Shown: positions 56,876 through 64,000 of the stretch, piece by piece
Layout: each line of letters opens with the position of its first letter
Position numbering within the stretch: the stretch's first letter is position 1
Assembly: GCA_963843375.1 (NCBI GenBank)
Contig: CAWJKT010000004.1
Coordinates: 64,001 to 128,000, forward strand
Length of the DNA: 64,000 bases
Source of the DNA: an uncultured Pseudomonadota bacterium
GTDB lineage: Bacteria; Oederibacteriota; Muellerivitia; Muellerivitales; Muellerivitaceae
Direction of reading: 5' to 3'
Program-made: the position numbers and the translations under genes
Notes under the pieces: generated by a model
What the model saw: only the letters and a program-made list of their open reading frames with translations
Databases searched by the model: none
Told to the model about the DNA's origin: nothing

Positions 56876-58491
56876 ATGTTCGTTCCTAAATCCATTGTTT
56901 GCTTGCGCGATTATTCCTGGAAACAACTTCCAAGCCGACTCCGTGGCCGGTCTGGTGGTGGGCTTGGTCGCCCTTCCCTTGGCGATGGCTTTTTCCATTG
57001 CGTGCGGATTGGGGCCGGAGAGAGGCCTTTATACGGCGGTAGTGGCGGGATTCCTCATTTCCGCGCTCGGAGGCAGCCGGGTTTCGATCGGGGGGCCCAC
57101 AGGGGCTTTCGTGGTGATCGTGGCTGGTATCGTGGCGAAGTTTGGTTACGACGGTCTGGCGGTAGCCACCGGCTTGGCGGGTCTGATCCTCATCGTTATG
57201 GGCCTCACCCGAATGGGGACTCTGGTGAAATATATCCCTTATCCCGTCACCACCGGGTTTACCAGTGGTATCGCGGTAATCATTTTCTCAGGCCAAGTGA
57301 AGGACTATTTGGGACTATCCATGAAGGCGGTTCCCTCGGATTTTCTCGAAAAATGGGGGGCTTATTTCCAGAATCTTTCCACTTGGAATCCCTATGCCCT
57401 GGGGATCGGTTTATTCACCATGGTGGTCATCGGCGCATGGCCAAAGAATTGGAAAGTACCCGGGACCATCGTCGCCCTCATTCTCGTTTCCTTCGCGGCC
57501 ACTTGGGGCAATTGGCCCGTGGAAACCATCGGAACCCGTTTCGGGGGTATCCCCACGTCTATTGCCCCACCCTCAATTCTTCCTCCAATCTTGGCCCCAA
57601 ATTAAACTTCTCCTGCCTTCGGCTCTGACCATCGCCATGCTGGCTTCCATCGAGTCTCTTCTTTGCGCGGTAGTGGCGGATGGGATGATCGGGGGAAGAC
57701 ACAAGTCCAACATGGAACTGGTAGCCCAGGGCGTGGCCAATTGTTTCTCGCCTATATTTGGTGGCATCCCCGCCACCGGGGCCATCGCCCGGACAGCGGT
57801 CAACGTAAAAAATGGCGGCCGGACTCCCGTGGCCGGTATGGTCCACGCCTTGGTGCTTTTCATCATTCTCATCGTGGCGGGTCCCTTGGCCGCCCATATT
57901 CCTTTAGCGGCGCTGTCAGGCGTTCTGGTGGTGGTGGCCTATCACATGTCCGAATGGCGTTCATTCCGATCCATTTTCGCGGGACCCCGCAGCGACATCG
58001 CCGTGCTGATGACCACGTTCCTCCTCACGGTTCTGGTGGACCTGACGATGGCCGTAGGCGTGGGTTTGGTGCTGGCTTCCTTCCTTTTTATGCGCAAGAT
58101 GGCGGACCTGACGCAAGTGCGCACCTTGACCCACGAACGCGACGGGGGGCTGTTGAACGGCTTGACGGTTCCCAAGGATGTGGAGGTTTACGCCATCAAC
58201 GGAAGTTTCTTTTTCGGTGCCGCCAACAAAGTAATGGAAGTAGAGAGGTCTTTCTTCAAAAAGCCCCGGGCGCTGGTATTGGAAATGAAAGGGGTTTTGC
58301 ACCTGGATTCATCGGGAATTAGGGTGCTTGAGCAAATTTACCACCAATGCCAAAACCGCGGAACCCGGCTGGTCCTTGTGGGAATCCACGCCCAGCCCAT
58401 GATGGCCATGCAGATGGCGAATAAATATGAAGAATTCGGCGAGGACAATTTTAAGGGCGACTTGGCCGAGGCTTTTAAAGAGTTTCAATAA
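56876..58491 (+). CDS. SulP/SLC26 anion transporter with STAS domain (frameshifts ~56930, ~57570)
   Basis: VALPLAMAFSIA, GGPTGAF, GFTSGIA, IESLLCAVVAD, GGIPATGAIART, STAS FFFGAA, LDSSG. Confidence 0.93.
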
Positions 58492-58577
58492 GCTTTAGGG
58501 GGATCGATTTTTTGAACAAATCCCGTCTAAAGTTTCCCAATCCAAGGAAGTGGAGCGGACAAGCGGGGGAGTGTCGG

Positions 58578-59411
58578 ATGAAAGAGTTCTTTCCTGTGAT
58601 CATTGCGGTCTTGCTTTGGACGCCGGCTTGGGTCCAGGCGCAGGAAGGTTCGGTGGTACCCCTTTCCCAAATTGAAGGGGCTCTTTCGAAGGATTGGTGG
58701 CTGAAAGTTTACGCGGGCTATGATTATTCCATGATGGGTGACGTTATTAACGGGGTGAAAGCCTGGGAAGCATACCTCGAACCGGCTGTCACCCCCACGC
58801 TTTCCCTCGGCCACGGCGGTTTCGTGGATGGGACGGAAATTGGCTTTACCTTGGACCCGAACCATTCTATTTCGATTGAAGCTGAAAATATTGCCACTCA
58901 AAACGAAAATTTAAACTACACCAACGGAGGTACGACTACCTGGAAAACGATCGGGCCTAGTCTGGAGGACATCAACCTGAATTATTACCGGACCCTCTTC
59001 CGGTCGAAGGGGAACGGAACCTATTTGATGATCGGCGCCGGTTATTATCACACCAACGTGAATTACTATGATGGCTCCGGACCGTCCACGAGCCAGTCGG
59101 CCACCTTTACGGGGGATGTCATCGGGGGGGTATTGGGTGTAACGCAGAAATGGGAAATTGCCAAAAACTTCACTTGTGGTCTGTCGGTCAAGGGCCGTCT
59201 GGCTGCCTTCAGCGAAGTGAAATCCTCAAGCATCTTCGGGAATGGTACCACTCAAACGGTTAACGCTCCTTACGCTCTGATGATTTACAATCAGGGCCTG
59301 ACGGGAGCCATCACTGCGGATTCCCCCAATTATGCGGGGAGCAGCGCCCATTACGCAGTCGTGGATTATTCCGGGTTTCTAGGAGATTTCTTTTTAGCAT
59401 TTCACTTTTGA
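58578..59411 (+). CDS. Exported hypothetical protein, probable small outer-membrane beta-barrel
   Basis: Signal ending VQA, alternating strands, IGAGYY, terminal AFHF. Confidence 0.6.
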   Translation: MKEFFPVIIAVLLWTPAWVQAQEGSVVPLSQIEGALSKDWWLKVYAGYDYSMMGDVINGVKAWEAYLEPAVTPTLSLGHGGFVDGTEIGFTLDPNHSISIEAENIATQNENLNYTNGGTTTWKTIGPSLEDINLNYYRTLFRSKGNGTYLMIGAGYYHTNVNYYDGSGPSTSQSATFTGDVIGGVLGVTQKWEIAKNFTCGLSVKGRLAAFSEVKSSSIFGNGTTQTVNAPYALMIYNQGLTGAITADSPNYAGSSAHYAVVDYSGFLGDFFLAFHF

Positions 59412-59427
59412 TTTTGACGAGGAAAAG

Positions 59428-59712
59428 ATGAAGATTAAGAACATCAACGGTTCTGGCGAAGTGCCCTGCAACTGTGATAGCTGGCTGGATCATTGGGACC
59501 GCTTTAGCGACCAATCGCCCACCTATTGCCCCGTCGAGGAATGTATGAATCGCATCGAAATAGGCGCCCGCGTCCAAAAGGACAATCCCGCAGACGGCGG
59601 CTGGTACATTGTTCCGCTTTGCCAAAAACACAACGCCCAGACGGGGAAAACCCTCCGGGTGAACGACCACGTGAATATGGTTTCGGCCGACGCGAGGGAA
59701 ACCTGCGGCTAA
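59428..59712 (+). CDS. Small Cys/His-rich hypothetical protein
   Basis: CNCDSWLDHW, CPVEEC, YIVPLCQKHN; GAGG RBS. Confidence 0.7.
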   Translation: MKIKNINGSGEVPCNCDSWLDHWDRFSDQSPTYCPVEECMNRIEIGARVQKDNPADGGWYIVPLCQKHNAQTGKTLRVNDHVNMVSADARETCG

Positions 59713-59892
59713 TGGCAGAGCTTGGGATCCTCCTCTGGCGCCGTCTTTTATCCCCTTAAAATAAGCCTTTTCTCCCTTTCCAAAAAAAAATTGGATTAAA
59801 CCAAACCTTTTCCGTCTAGAGGTTGGCGAATATGACGCTTGTCCTTTTTCCCTGAATGCCCATTGGAGATGATGTTTTCGACAGGAGAACGT

Positions 59893-60945
59893 ATGGAACG
59901 AAAATTTTATTTTGAGACGGTGGGATTTGGGATGATTTTGGCGGGGATGGTTCTCACCAGCTGTTCGAGCCACTCCATGTTTCCTACCGCTCCTCCCCCC
60001 CCTTCCATTACCACTCCCACGTTCAGCTCAACTTTCGTCGCATCATTGACACCCTCTGGAACCCCTTCGACAGCCACACCCGTGCCTTGCGTTACCAATA
60101 CGCCCACCGGCACGTCCACATTCACCGTGACGAACACACCCTTTAACACCCCGGCGGTTGACCCGACGCCAACCATTCCAACCGCTACACCGACGCCTTG
60201 TGTTACCAATACTCCGACCAGCACGGCCACATTCACCGTAACGAATACACCTATTAACACCCCCACGATTGACCCGACGCCAACCATTTCAACCGCTACG
60301 TCGACGCCCTGCGTCACCAACACGCCTTCCGAGACCAACACGTCAACTCCGACGAATACCATCTCTATTCAGACGTCCACCAACACACCCACCTGCACAA
60401 TCACGCCCTGCGTTACCGATACCCCTTCACGTACCAACACTGCCACCCCGACGAATACTATCTCTATTCAGACACCCACCAACACACCAACCTGTACAAT
60501 CACGCCCTGCGTCACTAACACGCCTTCCCGGACCAACACACTCACCCCGACAAATACCACTTCTATCCTGACCTTTACGCCTACCGTCACCTTCACGCCC
60601 ACGCTTCATTTCACTAACACTTTTACCGTGACACCAACTTTCAATCCACCCACCTCCACCGCCACCAACACCCCGACCAATAGCCCCTCACCCACTGGAA
60701 CCTGGTACACCTCTACCCCCACGAATTCTCCCACCCTGACCAGCACGGGGTCTCCCACCAACACTGCCACGGTCACCCCCACCCCCACCGTAACGAACAG
60801 CCCTTCCAACACGCCTACTTCCACCGCAACGGATACCGCTACCTCGACTCCGGTCGGGACTTGGTACACCAGCACCCCTACCAATACCCCCACTAACACG
60901 GCCACTCCAACGATCACTTATACGCCTACTCCAACACCCACTTGA
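59893..60945 (+). CDS. Thr/Pro-rich repetitive lipoprotein
   Basis: AGGAG RBS, lipobox LTSC, then TPTNTP-type repeats with 5x PCVT[ND]TP and 2x [10 protein letters not shown]. Confidence 0.8.
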   Translation: MERKFYFETVGFGMILAGMVLTSCSSHSMFPTAPPPPSITTPTFSSTFVASLTPSGTPSTATPVPCVTNTPTGTSTFTVTNTPFNTPAVDPTPTIPTATPTPCVTNTPTSTATFTVTNTPINTPTIDPTPTISTATSTPCVTNTPSETNTSTPTNTISIQTSTNTPTCTITPCVTDTPSRTNTATPTNTISIQTPTNTPTCTITPCVTNTPSRTNTLTPTNTTSILTFTPTVTFTPTLHFTNTFTVTPTFNPPTSTATNTPTNSPSPTGTWYTSTPTNSPTLTSTGSPTNTATVTPTPTVTNSPSNTPTSTATDTATSTPVGTWYTSTPTNTPTNTATPTITYTPTPTPT

Positions 60946-61184
60946 TTCCGGGGTCACACCCTAAGGGTCAAGAATCGATTAAGCTTTAAGATTCGAGTTT
61001 CCCGCTTAGAATCATCTCGCAATCCCGCTAGAAGTCGTTTATCCAAAAACTTCATTTTATTTGTGAGCCGTTGATTCTAAATCACTTAATCGGCTTTATA
61101 CTTACCGGAGTAAAAAGAGAAAAAAATTTCTCCCCTCCGGGAAGTTTTTTGAAGGAGCCGAAATTGCCGGACGCCAACTTATTT

Positions 61185-61535
61185 ATGGAAAAACGCGTTT
61201 CCCCCCGAATCAAGGTCAATATTCCTGTCAAGTACCGCTTGGTCGAGGATACGAAGGAAATCGAAGCGGTCTTGCAGCAAAGAAAAGCGGACCGGAATGC
61301 CCATGCCATGGACCTCAGTCTGGGCGGCATGCATATCTTTGCGGACGAGGTTTTGAAAGAAGGGGATATTCTGAATTTCGAGATATCGCTTCCGGGACTC
61401 TCCGAGATTTTATCGGCCTTCGCCGAAGTGGTTTGGGTGAACAAAACCGAGGGAGGCCTCCACTTTTTGGAAATGAAAGAAGAAGATTTGATGGTCCTAA
61501 AGGCTTATTTAAGAAGAGCCTCTTCGACCCGGTAA
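61185..61535 (+). CDS. PilZ-domain c-di-GMP receptor
   Basis: EKRVSPR (RxxxR), DLSLGG (DxSxxG), AEVVWV, GLHF. Confidence 0.9.
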   Translation: MEKRVSPRIKVNIPVKYRLVEDTKEIEAVLQQRKADRNAHAMDLSLGGMHIFADEVLKEGDILNFEISLPGLSEILSAFAEVVWVNKTEGGLHFLEMKEEDLMVLKAYLRRASSTR

Positions 61536-61697
61536 TGTTTCTTTGGAACAAAGAAGCAAATTCAAACGGCAGGCCGAAGGCCTTGGCTTCCCGCGTGCCT
61601 TAAAATACTTTAACCCCTATGGGATTCCATAGGGAATTCGGGAATGGGAGTGGAATCTAAGTTGCGGTTTTTTCCAATCGGGTTCTATTGAAGAAAA

Positions 61698-62177
61698 ATG
61701 AAAAACACTCTTAAAAGATTTCGACCATTCATGGTTTTGGTTTTCCTTTTTTGTGCTGCGCTAGTGCTAGGCTCGGGCGGTTGTGTGAGCCTTTATGATT
61801 CCCCAGCGGTGGCCAAAAAATGGGATGACCAGTTTTCCTATCCCGCCCTGCGATCCAATGAGGTCTATTTCTTCCTTTCCAAGGATGCTTTCCCCGCCGA
61901 CCTTCAATCGACCCCGGTGGGAACGCTCTTTACTCCACAGTACAGCCAATGGACCGCACAAAAACTCGTGGGGAAATTTCAAATGAAAGCCGCTGAAATC
62001 GGAGCCAATGCGGTCGTGTTTGAGAGCCTCCAAAAGAACAAATTGCTTTTTGGCTTCCTGTATTACACGGGCTACGCCACCGCTTACCGGATTTATAAAG
62101 ACAACCCGGCGGAGGGCGCTGATTTGAGTAACACCCAGTACGGAACCCAAAACCCCGACTTGCAAAAGGTAAAATAA
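61698..62177 (+). CDS. Hypothetical lipoprotein
   Basis: Hydrophobic signal ending GSGGC; KAAEIGANAVV motif. Confidence 0.7.
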   Translation: MKNTLKRFRPFMVLVFLFCAALVLGSGGCVSLYDSPAVAKKWDDQFSYPALRSNEVYFFLSKDAFPADLQSTPVGTLFTPQYSQWTAQKLVGKFQMKAAEIGANAVVFESLQKNKLLFGFLYYTGYATAYRIYKDNPAEGADLSNTQYGTQNPDLQKVK

Positions 62178-62312
62178 GCGGATTCTTCCAACCTCAAAAG
62201 TGGAAATAAAAGTGGTTCACAACAAGAACCCAACGGACGGGAAAAAGTGGATAATCAAACCAATTTCTTATATTCTCTGCGTCTTTATGAATAATGGATC
62301 GTTAGGGATCGG

Positions 62313-62732
62313 ATGGAGATCGTAAAAGCCAAGCTCCAGGACAGCGCTAAACTCGCCCAAATGAACTATTGGCTCATCCGAGATGAAGGCCACCGGAACC
62401 CGATGAACCAGGCCCAACTTAACCGCCGGATGAGGAATTGGTTGAAAAGTGATTACCACGCCTGTCTTTTCAAGGAACAAAGTAAGATTATCGGCTATTG
62501 CCTTTACCGGAAGGAAGAAGGCGCCACCTACATCCGGCAGTTTTACATTGACCGGGTTTTCCGGAGGCAGGGATGGGGCCGAATGGCTTTTGACCTTTTG
62601 CTACAGGGCGTCTGGAAGAAAACATTTAGACTTCGTCTGGACGTGCTGACGGGAAATAAAAACGGCATCGGATTTTGGAGAAACGCGGGCTTTAAGGACT
62701 ATTGCTTGACGATGGAACGGAAAACAAATTAG
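62313..62732 (+). CDS. GNAT-family acetyltransferase
   Basis: YIRQFYIDRVFRRQGWGR, LDVLTGN..GIGFW...GF. Confidence 0.9.
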   Translation: MEIVKAKLQDSAKLAQMNYWLIRDEGHRNPMNQAQLNRRMRNWLKSDYHACLFKEQSKIIGYCLYRKEEGATYIRQFYIDRVFRRQGWGRMAFDLLLQGVWKKTFRLRLDVLTGNKNGIGFWRNAGFKDYCLTMERKTN

Positions 62733-62757
62733 GGCTTGTCCACAAAGGAAAGGGTTT

Positions 62758-64000
62758 ATGCGTCGGTGGAGAATAATGATTTTCGCGTTGGTGGCCATTG
62801 TGGTCGAGCCATTGGCGGCGTCAGAGAGGGTCCAGACGGACAAAGGCATCGTGGAGGGAACCATCAGCATGGATTCCAAGATTCTCATTTTCAAGGGCAT
62901 TCCCTATGCGGCGCCCCCAGTTGGGAATCTGCGGTGGAAGGCTCCCCAGCCTGTGCCAGCCTGGACTGGCCACCGGAAGGCGACAGAATTCGGGCCCCAT
63001 CCCATGCAAGGACGCATTTTCGACGACATCTACTTCCGCGATGAGGGCCCCAATGAGGACTGTTTGTACCTGAACGTATGGGCGCCCGCAGCTTCCGGTG
63101 CGAAGCTTCCGGTTATGGTATGGATCTATGGCGGCGGTTTCGAGGTCGGAGCCTCGTCCGAACCTCGCCAGGACGGGGAAAACTTGGCCCGGAGGGGCGT
63201 GGTGGTTGTCAGTTTCAACTACCGTCTGGGCATCTTCGGCTTTTTCGCTCATCCGGAACTCTCCAAGGAATCAGGCAGCGGCTCCTCGGGTAATTATGGC
63301 CTATTGGACCAGGTAGCGGCTTTGCGGTGGGTTCAAAAAAACATCGCCGCTTTTGGTGGCGACCCGGATAACGTGACTCTCTTCGGGGAGTCAGCTGGGT
63401 CACTCTCAGTGTCCGCGCTCATGGCGTCGCCGATGGCCCAAGGTCTGTTCCGGCGGGCTATAGGAGAAAGCGGATCCTTTTTCGGAAAATCGCTTGGTTT
63501 GAAGCCGCTCGCGATGGCGGAAGATGATGGCGCCAATTTCGCCGAATTCTTGGGCGCGCCCTCACTCGCTGAACTTCGATCCATGTCAGCGGACGATTTA
63601 CTGAAAGCCGCTTTGAAAACGGACGCGCCCCACTTCTGGCCGGTCATCGACGGGCGCTTCCTGCCTCAGGGAGTTGAAACGGTCTATGCGGAGGGAAAAC
63701 AAAGCCCTATTCCGCTCTTAGCCGGTTGGAACCGAGACGAAGGAAACTTCCAGAACTTTTTCAAGGACGACCCGCCAACTGCTGCGAATTTCACCAAGCG
63801 CGCACGAGAATTATTCGGGGACAAGGCTCAGATCTTTCTCAAACTCTATCCGGGGGGAACCGACGAGCAGGCCAAGCGCTCTGCCCAGGATCTGGCGGGG
63901 GATCAATTCATCGCCTACTCTACCTGGAAATGGATCGAGAGGCAGGCCACCAATTCCCCCGTCTATCGCTATCAGTTCGACCAAGCCCCGCCCGAACCGG
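62758..64000 (+). CDS. Type B carboxylesterase (runs off right edge; not in ORF track)
   Basis: Translated by hand from ATG 62758: FKGIPYAAPPVGNLRWKAPQP, EDCLYLNVW, WIYGGGF, NYRLGIFGF, GNYGLLDQ, FGGDPDNVTLFGESAG. Confidence 0.95.
   Translation, partial: MRRWRIMIFALVAIVVEPLAASERVQTDKGIVEGTISMDSKILIFKGIPYAAPPVGNLRWKAPQPVPAWTGHRKATEFGPHPMQGRIFDDIYFRDEGPNEDCLYLNVWAPAASGAKLPVMVWIYGGGFEVGASSEPRQDGENLARRGVVVVSFNYRLGIFGFFAHPELSKESGSGSSGNYGLLDQVAALRWVQKNIAAFGGDPDNVTLFGESAGSLSVSALMASPMAQGLFRRAIGESGSFFGKSLGLKPLAMAEDDGANFAEFLGAPSLAELRSMSADDLLKAALKTDAPHFWPVIDGRFLPQGVETVYAEGKQSPIPLLAGWNRDEGNFQNFFKDDPPTAANFTKRARELFGDKAQIFLKLYPGGTDEQAKRSAQDLAGDQFIAYSTWKWIERQATNSPVYRYQFDQAPPEP

Noticed and set aside
60060..60940. 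CRISPR-like or satellite repeat
   Set aside because: Explained by Thr/Pro codon repeats within one ORF.

Overview
This bacterial window has four blocks. (1) 1-5.1 kb: the end of an aryl-sulfate sulfotransferase-like gene, an intact IS256-family element (terminal inverted repeats plus an 8-bp target duplication), and a frameshifted TPR-like gene. (2) 5.1-26.5 kb: a sulfur-oxidation/respiration region bracketed by two ~145-bp direct repeats that end in the 3' half of tRNA-Val(CAC), i.e. att-like scars. It carries a Tat-exported DsrE-like protein, a YeeE/YedE pair, TauE, DsrE, a ModA-like binding protein, a tetraheme TsdB-TsdA fusion, ArsR, RND/TolC, type I SQR, cydP-A-B-X, OsmC, a racemase and ccdAB. 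(3) 27.5-54.9 kb: a very GC-rich extracytoplasmic electron-transfer region. Its core is a translationally coupled operon: CcmI-like protein, His-containing inner-membrane protein, ~21-heme cytochrome, ~46-heme cytochrome built from tandem 5-heme modules, SPOR/TPR-fused outer-membrane barrel and a lipoprotein. This resembles the predicted PCC3 porin-cytochrome conduit but with an unusually large cytochrome. Divergent from it are a membrane-anchored 2x[4Fe-4S]/FAD-NAD(P) oxidoreductase and a Sel1/ankyrin protein. Further on lie DUF3443/DUF2844, PAP2, cytochrome b561, an ApbE-DUF3570-DUF4266-thioredoxin cluster, ECF sigma-FecR-TonB receptor and a darcynin-like gene. (4) From ~54.87 kb the base composition and codon style change abruptly (thioesterase, HD-GYP, SulP, PilZ, Thr/Pro-rich lipoprotein, GNAT, carboxylesterase); this may be an assembly or contig junction. 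Single-base frameshifts are common and are probably read errors, so heme counts come from joining frames by hand. All family assignments are from motif recognition, not database searches.
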